Shown here: positions 44,460-55,986 of the stretch, one piece after another
Position numbering within the stretch: position 1 is the stretch's first letter
Layout of the letters: each line of letters begins with the position of its first letter
Assembly: GCA_965240325.2 (NCBI GenBank)
Contig: OZ251245.1
Span: forward strand, 620,001-684,000
Source: Rebecca billardiae RCC1528
Taxonomy: Eukaryota; Protista; Haptophyta
Direction of reading: 5' to 3'
DNA length: 64,000 nt
Notes under the pieces: generated by a model
The model's database searches: none
Seen by the model: the letters and a program-made list of their open reading frames with translations, nothing else
What the model was told of the DNA's origin: nothing
Program-made: the position numbers and the translations under genes

Positions 44460-46470
44460 CCGCCGCCGCCGCCGCCGCCGTCGCCGCCGCCGCTCAGCCG
44501 GTGGGAGCGGCGGAAGCGAGAGCGCGCGGCGGCGTGGCGGCGCGCGCACCCCACGCCCACGCCCACGCCCGCGCCCACGCCCGCGCCCGCGCTCGGCGCC
44601 TCCGCGGAGAAGGGCCTCGGCGTCGACGCAGCCGCGCTTCAGACCGAGCAGCAGCGCCTCGAGTGCAAGGCGTGTGGCGGCGTGTGCAACATCCCGGGGG
44701 TACGGCGCGTGCACGGCGGCGCGCCGCGCGGCTCGCCCGCGCGCGGCACCGCGGCGCCGCGCCCGCCCCGCGCCAGCCTCACCGCCCCTGCAGTGCTAAA
44801 CGGCACGGTGCCCTGGCGGCCGCGCCCCCACCTGCCTCGTGCCCCGCCTGCCCGCCCCGCGGGCGCTCGGCGCGCGCCCTGTGTCTCCGGCTCCGCCTCT
44901 GCTCGCTCGGCCGCGTCCTGTGTCTCCGGCTCCGCCTCTGCTCGCTCGGCCGCGTCCTGTGTCTCCTCCCTCCGGCTCTGCTCGCTCGGCCGCGTCGTGT
45001 GTCTCCGCTCGCTCGGCCGCGTGTGCGCCCGGCGGCCGGTGGCGACGCGCCGCACCGCAGATCTCGAGCGCCAAGTGCTGCTCCCCGCTGTGCACCGCCC
45101 GTTGCCCGTTCACCATGCGCGACCACCGCTGCCACGCCGACCTCCCCGCACCCTACTGCGCGGCGTGCGACGCCGCCGGCGTGACGGGCGGCCGCGGCGC
45201 CGCGGCGTGCAAGCCGCCGCGCTGGCGCCACGCCAACGCCACGTGCTGCGCACGCACGTGCGTGGCGCTGTGCCCGGGCGGCGCCGCGGCGAAGACCTGC
45301 GGTGACCTCGCCGGCGCACCCGTCGCGCCCGCCGTGCGCGACCGGCCGGACGAGCTGGACTGCGACGCGTGTCAGCGCGCGTGCCAGCCGGCCGCGGGCG
45401 GCGGCGAGCGCGCGCGGTGCTGCGGTGCCGTCTGCGCGGCGTGCACCGCCGCCCTCGCCTTCACCACCGGCGCAGCGGAGGCGGCGGGCGTCGCGTGGGA
45501 CTGCGACGCGGAGCCCGCCCCGCCCGCCGCCCCGCCGGCGCCCTCGCCGGCCAAGTCCGACGCCTCCACCACGCCCGCGGCCGGCCGGGGCTCGGGGGGC
45601 GCGGCGCCGGGGCAGCCGCCCGCGGGCGGCGCAGACGAGGGCGGTGGCGCCGGCGCTGGAGGCGGCGCCGCGGCGCGCATGGGCTCGCCGGCGCTGCACC
45701 GCCCCGTGCTGCACGAGCCGAGCAAGTTCGTGCAGCTCGAGCACGCGCTGATGCGCCCGATCTTCCGCCCGGTACCCTTCATGCTCCTCGGCACAGCTGT
45801 CTACCTCGTGCTGCTACTGTGTGCTCACGCGCTGTGGCAGGCCCTGCGACACACGTGCGCGCGCGCGTGCTCACTGCTGTGCGCGCCGTGCGTGCGCGGG
45901 CGCGAGGAGGACGCGGCGGCGGCGCGCATGGCGGAGGAGCGGGATGCGGCGGCCGTCACGGCGCTGCGGTACGGGCGGCTCGCCGAGTCCGGTGGCGCCG
46001 CCACCGGACCGCGCAAGTCCGGTGGCTACGGCGGTTACGGCTATGGCGACATTCCGGCGGATGCTCTGGACGGCCTGGACGCCGTCACTGGCGCGGCGGT
46101 CCCGCCGGGCGGGGGCGGCGCGAGCGCAGGCGCAGAGCCGCCGCCGATGCCAACCGGCCCCGTGTGGCACCTGAGCCGGGGCGAGCTGGTCACCGCCGAT
46201 GAGACGGGCGGCGGCGGCGCGGGCGGCGAGCGCGGCGCGGCGGCGGCGCGGCGGCGCGGCCGTGAAGGCGGCGCTGCCAGGAAAGCCCCGCAGCCGACGC
46301 CGGCCATGTGGCGCATGAGCCGCTCCGACCTCGGCACCGGCATGCCGCTGCTGGCGCCGGATGGCCCCGCGGGGCGTGGCTCGGCGGCCGCGGCGAAGCC
46401 GCACGCGGTCGGCGAGGCGGACGGCGGGCACGACCGCGGCGAGTCGTTGGAGTCATCGTCAGTAAAATAG
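43710..46470 (+). CDS. Hypothetical membrane protein with Pro-rich stalk and Cys-rich extracellular region (intron ~44700-45060)
   Basis: TM helix GIALVFLCIIGCAGVLALY, PPSPPP tracts with a duplicated LSRWERKKRER motif, many CxxC pairs, and a second TM helix PFMLLGTAVYLVLLLCA. Confidence 0.6.
44879..45025 (+). repeat. Intronic ~39-bp minisatellite (about 4 copies)
   Basis: ctgtgtctccggctccgcctctgctcgctcggccgcgtc is repeated. Confidence 0.85.
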
Positions 46471-46835
46471 CATTGGTGGGTTGCAGAAAGGCATTTTTAA
46501 CTAATTTAAGGTGGGTGAGCAACCCCTTGGTGACATGCAAGAAAAATGCGTGCGAACCGTAGCAATACGCCGTCCAACCGGCGCGGCGGGCGCCGCCCAG
46601 CCTGTCTCGTTGTCTGTTTCATGGCAAGCGCAGCGCTTGATGACGAGTACAGTAGTCGTAGAGTTTTATGATAGTTACCCAGCGGCATCCACGCTTTGCG
46701 AAGTTTCGGCGCGTCTTTGCTCCAATCCAGCAACTTGAGCCAAGGTCGCAAGTGGCGCACGAATTACCCCTCGCCTCGCAGGCCGACTTGGCCGTGGACG
46801 GCTGCCAAGCGCACGAAACAACAGGGCGACGAGCA

Positions 46836-47525
46836 ATGGGCGGTGCCAGCTCCTCCGCGAGGAAGGCGGCTCAAGAGCGGCGGCGGAGCTCTGTCGAGAG
46901 CGTGGGGCCCTCCCGCCCGTCGAGCCGACCGCCTCCACAGATGTCCGGCTGGCAGCCAGTCATCGAGAGCTCGGAAGTCGCCGATCCGGGCTCGCGGAAG
47001 CATGTGCAGGTCCTCGGGCGGCACATCTCGCTCATCCGCAGCAAGGACGGGGAGACCCTTTACGCGATCGACAGCGTATGCTACCACTTCGGCGGCCCGC
47101 TCACCGTAGGCGACGTCGAGGATGTCAACGGCTGGGAGTGCGTGCGCTGCCCGTGGCACGACACGGCGATCCGCCTGGCGGACGGCGCTAAGCCATACAA
47201 GCACATGGAGGCGGACGCGGAGGGCAAGCTCACGATCAGGACATGGCAGGTGAGCGAGCACCGCCAGCGCACGCACAACGTCAAGGAGGAGGACGGCACC
47301 GTCTTCGTGCAGCTCACCTCGATCGAGCGCGTCGATCGGAACGAGGAGGACCCTCACTGCATGTCCGACCGGTGGGCGCACAACACCGAGGCGGCGGGCC
47401 ACGTGACGCGCCACGCGACGAACTCGGGGACCAAGCTGAAGGCGGCGAAGAAGAAGCCGATGGACGTCTCGAGGGACAAGGGCGATATGTCCGAATCCAA
47501 GCTCACGCGCGCGAACGCGACCTGA
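46836..47525 (+). CDS. Rieske [2Fe-2S] domain protein (RFESD-like), possible N-myristoylation
   Basis: AIDSVCYHFGGPL...CVRCPWH gives the CxH...CxxH ligands. N-terminus is MGGASS. Confidence 0.88.
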   Translation: MGGASSSARKAAQERRRSSVESVGPSRPSSRPPPQMSGWQPVIESSEVADPGSRKHVQVLGRHISLIRSKDGETLYAIDSVCYHFGGPLTVGDVEDVNGWECVRCPWHDTAIRLADGAKPYKHMEADAEGKLTIRTWQVSEHRQRTHNVKEEDGTVFVQLTSIERVDRNEEDPHCMSDRWAHNTEAAGHVTRHATNSGTKLKAAKKKPMDVSRDKGDMSESKLTRANAT

Positions 47526-48124
47526 ACTGAGCGCGTGAGAAAGCTCCTGCGCTGCCACGCAGCCATGCGCGGCTGGGGCCGTGCGCCTGAGATGGCCTGC
47601 CGACGGCTGGGGCTGGTTGCGCCGGCTGCGGAGAGGAGGGTGTGTGCGTGATGCTGTCCCTTGGCGTCCCCACGAGCTATCGCCGCAGGCCGCCGACCCA
47701 TGGTACTGCCCGCAGCGGCCAGGCGCGGCCTGCACGGCCGGCGCCGGGCGCGCGGGCCGCTCGGCCTCGCGGCCGCTCGGTGACGGTCAGAGTCGGTGTC
47801 GTCTGACACTGACACGGCGGTGAGCTGTGATCCAGTCTTGGGGCTCGGCGGGGAGAAGACTCCGGCAGGCTCCATCGGCGACGTTGTCATCAGTCTGTCT
47901 GTCTTAGTATCTCACTCCCTGGCTGGCGCCACTCGGGCACTGCCCACTTGCATGGCTGGACGTGAGGCAGTAACCAGACCCAGTCCAGCCCCATTGTCAT
48001 CCGGCAACGAGCGGATGGCGACGACTAAAAAAAGTCTGCTTCTCGCGCGAGCCACCGGAGCGTCAGAGCCCGAGCGGGCCGCCGCCGCTTGCTTACCAGT
48101 CGCCGAGACGCCGACGCGCCGACC

Positions 48125-49212
48125 ATGGGTATTCTCGAGCTGAAGGGCTGGTGGCGCGTGGCCGCGATGCTGGTGCCGATCCCGGCGATATTATTCTCGC
48201 TGCCCACGTGGATCGACAACTCGGCCGCCCTCACGTTTCCTGCGCACAAGAGCGGGTGCGCGCCGCGCCACCCGTGTGCGCGCGCGCGTCGAGCGCTGAT
48301 CCGCGCGCGCCGACATGCCTCGTGCGCAGGATTGTGGTGGTCACCGGGGCCTCTACCGGGATCGGAAAGAGCATCGCTATGTCTCTCGACAGCGTGAAGT
48401 ACACCGTGTACGCGGGCGTGCGCTCGAGCGCGAGCGCAGATGCGCTCACGGCCGAGCGGCCATCCCTGCGGCCCATCGTCCTGGACGTGACCGACAGCGC
48501 CTCGTGCGAGGCGGCGGCGGCGGAGGTGGCGCGGGCGGTGGCGGACGAGGGGCTGGCGCTCGTCGGCCTCGTGAACAACGCCGGCATCTCCCACCGCGTG
48601 CCCTTCGAGATGGAGACGCTCGAGGCCGTGCGCGAGATGTACGCAGTGAACGTGCTCGGTGTGTACGCCGCGACGCTGCCCTTCCTTCCGCTGCTGCGGA
48701 ACTCAAGCGGGCGCGTGGTGAACGTTGGCTCGCTCGCGGCGCTGTTCGCCACGCCCGGCTCCGGCACGTACAGCGGGACAAAGGCCGCCCTCGAGCTCAC
48801 CACCGACGCGATGCGCCTCGAGCTGCGCCCGGCCAACATCAGCGTGAGCCTGATTCAGCCTGGCTACGTAAAGAGTGAGATCGCCTCCAAGCAGACGGGC
48901 GCCCGTGCGGCGTGGCACCGGAAGGAGGTTGCGGCGCGGGCGTTGGCGCAGTACGGCGACGCGGACGCACTGCACGCGCTGTACGCCGACTGGATCGGGA
49001 AGCAGGACGAGCGGCGGCTCAAGATGGAAGAGCTCGCGGCGCCGACGCTCGTCGTGTCTGCGGCTGCGTTGCATGCGCTGCTCGCGCCCAAGCCGCGCAC
49101 GCGATATGTCGTGGGCACTGTCGGCAAGCACCCCGCGTGGGTCTTTCCGTGGCTGGCTTGGATCCTGCCCGACCGGCTGCAAGACTGGATTATCGGCATG
49201 CTCTTCTCATGA
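48125..49212 (+). CDS. Short-chain dehydrogenase/reductase (RDH/17-beta-HSD-like), 1 intron
   Basis: N-terminal membrane anchor exon, then VVVTGASTGIG, LVNNAGI, GRVVNVGS and YSGTK (YxxxK). Confidence 0.9.
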
Positions 49213-49260
49213 TGAGCCGAGTCTGCTACGTCAGTCACGCGCACTACGACACATCTATAT

Positions 49261-50820
49261 GTGGCGTTATAACGGAGTTATAACCGAGTGTGTCGGGAGG
49301 CTGGAAAGGCGACGCGCAGCTGGTGGACAAGGGCCGCCATCGTCTTCTAGGTCCTGCAGGTAGTTGTAGCCGATTTCCGGAGCTCATCGGCCCGGACGGA
49401 GCTATCCTTTATCATCATCATGGCGGCCGCTGGTCCTTTCATATCGGCCAACCACACTGGCTCCTCTAATAAGTACCCGCTCCGCTCCACTATCCGGCGC
49501 TCGAGATCATATCCAAGATCATCTTAAGTCGGCATGGCAACGTATTACCAAAGTTCATCAAGCAGCCCACCTATCAGAGCTCGCTCGATCATCGGTTACA
49601 CGACCTTTCCGCTTTCGGGCCAAGCTGCTCATCTCTAGGCCACCCCTGCTTGCCTGCGCATCGCCATCAGCAAAGCCCGAGGTCTCATCTCCTCTGCGTT
49701 CCTTGCTTGTGCTCGCTCCTGCTCACAAACAACGGGACCTTGCTGCCACGCTGGCGCAGTCTGCGCGCAGCTTTGGCACCGTCGGCTCAGTCGCTCTTCC
49801 CGTTCAGCCAGGGACAAATCCCCACCATGCGCAAGTATATATATATACATCACCATTTCTGCATGGCGTGTATCATCGGCATTTATTGCTGCATGCTCAC
49901 ACATGTGCTGCAATACCTGCCCTCGCATGCACATCACGCAGATTGTGGGTGATGTTCGTCCATACTCAATGGCGTCGCGTCGCTTTCTATGCAGGAGGAC
50001 ACGTGGCGTTATAACGGAGTTATAACCGAGTGTGTCGGGAGGCTGGAAAGGCGACGCGCAGCTGGTGGACAAGGGCCGCCATCGTCTTCTAGGTCCTGCA
50101 GGTAGTTCAAGTTGTAGCCGATTTCCGGAGCTCATCGGCCACGGAGCTATCCTTTATCATCATCATGGCGGCCGCTGGTCCTTTCATATCGGCCAACCAC
50201 ACTGGCTCCTCTATAAGTACCCGCTCCGCTCCACTATCCGGCGCTCGAGATCATATCCAAGATCATCTTAAGTCGGCATGGCAACGTATTACCAAAGTTC
50301 ATCAAGCAGCCCACCTATCAGAGCTCGCTCGATCATCGGTTACACGACCTTTCCGCTTTCGGGCCAAGCTGCTCATCTCTAGGCCACCCCTGCTTGCCTG
50401 CGCATCGCCATCAGCAAAGCCCGAGGTCTCATCTCCTCTGCGTTCCTTGCTTGTGCTCGTTGCGAAACCCGCCATCCGCCCCTGCAGCCTCCGTTGTGGT
50501 TGACGACCTTGTCGTCAGGCCTGTGAGTGCTGAGCTTGCCTGAGCCAGGGACCTTGCTGCCACGCTGGCGCAGTCTGCGCGCAGCTTTGGCACCGTCGGC
50601 TCAGTCGCTCTTCCCGTTCAGCCAGGGACAAATCCCCACCATGCGCAAGTATATATATATATATACATCACCATTTCTGCATGGCGTGTATCATCGGCAT
50701 TTGCTGCATGCTCACACATGTGCTGCAATACCTGCCCTCGCATGCACATCACGCAGATTGTGGGTGATGTTCGTCCATACTCAATGGCGTCGCGTCGCTT
50801 TCTATGCAGGAGGACACACA
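49261..50820. repeat. Tandem duplication of a ~740-820 bp non-coding unit
   Basis: The unit starts gtggcgttataacggagttataaccgag at 49261 and 50003 and ends ctatgcaggaggacac. Copy 2 has a longer alternative segment at about 50459-50547. Confidence 0.93.
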
Positions 50821-52299
50821 CATATATATATATAGTATATGTATATTATATATATATATATATATTCATCGCACGCCTTGGCGACGTCGGTCGTCGCGAT
50901 GGTGCCCGCCGACGCGGCCCCCGCCCCGCTCGCTGGCCCCGGGTGCGAAGCACACGGGGCTGGTGGGGCGGGGGCCGCATGCCTGTGGTGCTCCCCCATG
51001 CTCATCTTCGGCAATCTCCTGCGCGCTCGTCGGCCTCGCGGCACTCCTGCTTGGCTGCGACATGACTACGACTAGTTCTACGACCTCTACGACCACTTCT
51101 TCCTCCCTTCGTGCGCACGCGCTGGCCCTCGCAGAGCCAGTCGGACGCGGCGTGGGTGGCGGCACGAGCGCGGCCAGCGCGCTCGGCCTGCCTGCCTGCG
51201 AGCCTCCATGGATGCGTGCGCGTGGGGCCGGGTTCTGCCACCGTTCATTGCCAACAGCAACTGGGCACGGACCTGCGACGAGGCATGCCGCCTTTCCCCA
51301 CGCGCCCTTCAGGTTGTCCCGGCTCAGCCGGTCGCTTCGGCGGCCGACGGGCCCTCGGCCGGCTCCCCCTTCCCGGGGACTCGGTGGGGCACCGCCAGGA
51401 GTGTCTCGCGGCGGGCGGGCCGAGCGCGCGGGTCGCCAGCTGACCCCGCGACGTTCGATTCGACTGCTCTGCGCTGGCACGTGCACGCGGAGATCAACCA
51501 CACGCAGCGGGTCCGGGATAGGCACTGGCACCCTCTTTCTCCAGCCGGCCGCCGGCTGCATCGCCTCGGGGGGCGATGCAGCAGGTGGACGCCGCTGCAC
51601 CCATCTGGCCCTTGGCGCTGGCCTCCTCCGTGCCCTTCGCTCCACCCTAGGTGGGGCAGGGGGTGCGGGGTGTGACGCGCCCAGGGGCCAGGTTCCCCAG
51701 CATCAAGCACTGCATCTGCAGCAGCCCGCCGGCGGGCTGGGCTGCGACATCGACTACCACCTCATCTGCTTCATCGCCCAGAGCGCGCTAGGCGGCGCGC
51801 TCACTCTCCAAGCCCCTCTTCTGCAGCTGCGCGCCGCTTGGCCGGCGCGCGGCGACGCGTACTACGACCTCATCCTCATCCAGGCGCCCACGCGGGCGCA
51901 CGGGGGCGACAGCCGCGGCTGCCGCTTGCCGGAGCTGCTCGCCGCTAGGTCGGCGGGCGGCGACATCGACTACGACCTCACCCTCATCCAAGTGCTCCGG
52001 AAGGCGCTCGGCCGCGGCGGCATCTGCCGTCGCCGCCGCGTGCCCCAGGCCGAGGCGGTGCTCCATCCCGGCCCCGCTCCCGTAGGGGGGCAGGGCTGCG
52101 GGTGGCGCACTGTCTGACCTGGACGGAAGGCGCGGACGCATTCTATGTGTCTGTTGCACTCTGAGCCTGACGCTTGTCCGATGCTGCCACGTCGTTAAAT
52201 ATAGATTATATATAATAGATATCGCGCTTATATTCGCGCTAACCGCGCAGACGCAATAACTTATAACTAGCAGTGAATGAACGCCTAACGGATATACCG

Positions 52300-52357
<58 letters not shown>

Positions 52358-52358
<1 letters not shown>

Positions 52359-53123
52359 AAGTAACGTAGTCCGCCTCATCGAAGTAATCGACGACGACGT
52401 CTTCTCACGCCTCGACGTGTTCGAAGGCGTCGTCACGTCGAACACGGAGGACTATCCATCGTGCTGAACTTTATTTTTTTTCATCAAGTTCCCGGACTCC
52501 AACGGTGAGCTGCGGCCATGTCGGGTGTCGCAGCCGCGCCCGGCGCGCGGAGACGTCAGCTGGCCAAGCAGATAGAGGACCATCCGATGACGACGGGCTC
52601 GCTGACGCGCTCGCGTGGGTGGGACAATGCGCGCGCATCTCCCAACGAGCGCAGGTACACGGTGACCCTGGCTTGCCCTGGCCATACGGATTGCCGTTGC
52701 CCGAAGCACGTCATGGTTGCCGCCACTGGGAGTCGCCGCCGGGCGAGAAGCTGCGCGTCAACTCGAGCGAGCTGCGCGCTGTCGGCGTCGAGCTGCTCGC
52801 GCCCCGGGCCGTGCCGTCAGCTCGCGGAGGCGCGGGCGTGCGCACGAGCTCGCGCTTGGCTGACGGCTCAGCGAGTTCGCGAGCGCGCCGTCGCTCGATC
52901 CAGCACTACGCTACGTCTTGACTAGCGAGGGAGACGCCGAGATCAGGGCTTTGTGCGAGGCGTCGCATGGTCGTCGCGAGGCGGCGCACAGCTGACGCTG
53001 TCAATCGACGCCGCTGCACGGCTCCGGCCCTCAGGCTCAGCGCAGCATTTGCGGCAGTCTGCGCCCATGCAAATCTGGCGAGTAAGAGTTGGGCCCCTAT
53101 TGAGGCGTATTTGGTCCTTCGAT
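52358..53123. repeat. Dispersed repeat family B, copy 2 (inverted relative to copy 1)
   Basis: See 22470-23230. Preceded by a (CA)n(TA)n(TG)n microsatellite and followed by a G/C hairpin at 53133-53152. Confidence 0.85.
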
Positions 53124-53326
53124 GGGCTGGGCCTGGGGGGAGCCCCCCCCAGACCCCCCCAAATGGTTAAATGCACCCCTGCTGGACGTCCCGGACAGTG
53201 ACCAGAGCCAAAGGCGGCCGGTACGCGCCCGTCGATACGACGGAGCCCTGTCGATTATACTCGATAGGTCGAGTAGTGTCGAGGGACTCGAGGGCGGACA
53301 CTAGCTGGCCGCCGTCACGTCAGTCG

Positions 53327-54475
53327 TCACGACGACATCACGCCGCTGGTGATGTCGTCGATCTTCCACAGGTGGACCGCCGTGTCGCTCACGACGCCCC
53401 CGCTGCCGCCGGCAACAGCGAGCATGCCCTGCCCGCCGGCGCAGCACAAGCCGCGGTCAGGAAGCGTCGCGCGCCAAACCGGCTCGACGCTGCCACCGGG
53501 CGGCTCGCCCGTCCCACTCAGCGCGCGCACGTCGTAGACGTGCACCTGCTTGTCGCGGCCCGTGGTGGCGAGCAGGCCGGGTGCGACTGGCGCGCAGGCG
53601 AAGGCCGTGCCCGCGTGCCCGCTGCACACGCCCAGCGGGGCGTGCGGCTGGCGCACGTCCCACACCGAGCACGCGCCGCCGCCGCACGCGACCGCAAGGA
53701 GCGGCAGACTACCGGAGCTGTCGACACGCACGAACGCGCACGCCGAGGCGAAGTCGTCATCCGCGACGCGGAGCGTGACGCCGGTGAACGCGCGCGACGG
53801 GAGCCGTGCGTCGGCCACGTGGACGCACCCATCGCTCGCGGCGAGTGCGATCAGCGCGCCGTCCTCCGAGAGCGCCAGGTCGAAGAGAAAGGTGCTCCCG
53901 CTCTCGTTGCGCTCGCCGCCGAAAACGTGGCCGCCTGCGTCGCCGGCCGCGGCCGTGATGGACGCCTCGAAGTCGCAGCGGGCCGACTCGGCCGCGACGC
54001 GGCAGAGCCGCGAGTCCGTCGCGATGAAGAGGTGCTCGGAGTCCGGTGCGAACGCCAGGCCGTACACCTGCTCGCCTTCGCCCTCGGCAGCCTCGCTGCC
54101 CTCCGTGCCGGCGCGTGCTGCGCATGGGTGGTGGGACGTGATGCGTGTCGGTTCGCCGGCGTCATCGTCGGTCGCCGGCGGGACGGTGTAAACGTGGACC
54201 TTGCCGTCTGCCCCGCCCGTCGCCAGCAGGCTGCCCGACGGCGACCACGCGCATCGCAGCACCTCGGACGCGTGCGCTCGGCGCAGTGCGACGCTCAACG
54301 GCTTGGAAGCGAGACGCGCGTCCCCGCGCCAGATGCGGACGCTCTGGTCTTCGCTCGCGGAGGCGAGCTGCCATGGCGCATCGCCGTCGTCTCCCGGTCC
54401 CGCGCCCTGCGCCGGCCTCCAGCTCAGGCAGAACACGCGGCCCTTGTGGCCCACCGCCGCGCGCTCTCCCGCCAT
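53327..54475 (-). CDS. WD40-repeat protein
   Basis: GHKGRVFCLSW, LASASEDQSVRIW, LLATGGADGKVHVY, CSVWD, GHAGTAF, LATTGRDKQVHVYD. Confidence 0.9.
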   Translation of the reverse strand: MAGERAAVGHKGRVFCLSWRPAQGAGPGDDGDAPWQLASASEDQSVRIWRGDARLASKPLSVALRRAHASEVLRCAWSPSGSLLATGGADGKVHVYTVPPATDDDAGEPTRITSHHPCAARAGTEGSEAAEGEGEQVYGLAFAPDSEHLFIATDSRLCRVAAESARCDFEASITAAAGDAGGHVFGGERNESGSTFLFDLALSEDGALIALAASDGCVHVADARLPSRAFTGVTLRVADDDFASACAFVRVDSSGSLPLLAVACGGGACSVWDVRQPHAPLGVCSGHAGTAFACAPVAPGLLATTGRDKQVHVYDVRALSGTGEPPGGSVEPVWRATLPDRGLCCAGGQGMLAVAGGSGGVVSDTAVHLWKIDDITSGVMSS

Positions 54476-54548
54476 ACGCCCGTGTGACCAACCGTACGTA
54501 CCGCGTCCACTCCGGCCGCCGCCCGCTCCGCCCGCGCACTGGCGGTCC

Positions 54549-55605
54549 GAGTGCACTCGAGCGAAAACGTGCGCGGCGAGGCCACTTTCGCACGGGGTGG
54601 CGAGGCCACTTCGAGGGTGGCCTCGCCGCGGTGGCGAGGCCACCCTTCGTCGTCTTGCTACGGCAGAACTTTTAGAAACGAAAGTGCCGCCTCCGCGCGC
54701 CCCATGTTCGTGCACGGCGGCGAGGGGCGCGCGGGGGCGCCGGCTCGCGATCCGAAGGGCAGTAGCTCGCGACCTCGCGTGGGCTGCGGCAGCGGCGCTG
54801 TGGCATGCCAGTCGCCTTCCGCGCGTCTGTGTGCGATCGCGCGCTCCCGCTCGTCGCCACGCCGCGCGCGACCGTTCACGCCACGGCCTTCCACGCTGCT
54901 TGCAGACCCTTGCGAGCACACGGCCGCGGAGAGCCCAGAGCGCCCGCCGCGAGCGCGACGCACTGCTAGGATGTGATGTACTGATAGCCACGCTGACATG
55001 CGCTTGCGTTCCCCTGAGTGCAGCCCACATCCAGACCATTTCCTACCGCTGCACGAGAGTCCATGGTCTACGGTCACACGACCATCGACCTGTGGACATT
55101 ACTGCAGCTGCCCATGATCATCGCACGTATCTCGTGGGCTAAAGCGTGCCTCGTAGGGCCAGTGCACTACCAGTACAACACATCCCAGCAGTGCGTCGCG
55201 CTCGCGGCGGGCGCTCTGGGCTCTCCGCGGCCGTGTGCTCGCAAGGGTCTGCAAGCAGCGTGGAAGGCCGTGGCGTGAACGGTCGCGCGCGGCGTGGCGA
55301 CGAGCGGGAGCGCGCGATCGCACACAGACGCGCGGAAGGCGACTGGCATGCCACAGCGCCGCTGCCGCAGCCCACGCGAGGTCGCGAGCTACTGCCCTTC
55401 GGATCGCGAGCCGGCGCCCCCGCGCGCCCCTCGCCGCCGTGCACGAAGATGGGGCGCGCGGAGGCGGCACTTTCGTTTCTAAAAGTTCTGCCGTAGCAAG
55501 ACGACGAAGGGTGGCCTCGCCACCGCGGCGAGGCCACCCTCGAAGTGGCCTCGCCACCCCGTGCGAAAGTGGCCTCGCCGCGCACGTTTTCGCTCGAGTG
55601 CACTC
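54549..55605. mobile_element. Foldback/MITE-like element (1057 bp; 439-bp TIRs 54549-54987 and 55167-55605; 5-bp TSD GGTCC)
   Basis: Starts GAGTGCACTCGAGCGAAAACGTGC and ends GCACGTTTTCGCTCGAGTGCACTC. GGTCC at 54544-54548 and 55606-55610. Subterminal GGCGAGGCCAC repeats occur in both orientations. Confidence 0.93.
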
Positions 55606-55986
55606 GGTCCGGTAGCACCCGTCTGCCCAGCAGCGCCCGCAACAGTCTGAGTCAGCAGCATCAGTAAGTATCAGCTCAGCTGTTGATCAGCTGAGCTGCA
55701 TGATGGCCGCCCGCGGACGTTTACGAGGCTGCATACCGCCAGCAGGGCAGCCCAAGTCGACGCGAGCGAACGACAAGTCGGCTACGGTCGGACCAGGCTC
55801 AATCGTCTATGACTAGAGACAATTGCCTACAGTCAGTCGGCAGCCGGAAGCCGCTGCGGCACGCCGCTCCGCAGCCGCCGGACGGCAGCAGCAGCACTGC
55901 TTAGCCGCGCAGCACGGCTGGCATCATCGGACAGCCGCCCCGCGAGTCAGTACGACGCCCACAACTCCGCCGCGGCGAGCTCGGAG

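Noticed and set aside
44879-45025. CRISPR-like appearance of ~39-bp repeats
   Set aside because: The repeats are contiguous without unique spacers, intronic, eukaryotic, and there are no cas genes.
52301-52358. (CA)n(TA)n(TG)n perfect hairpin
   Set aside because: A compound microsatellite. The symmetry follows from its simple composition and no element ends are attached.
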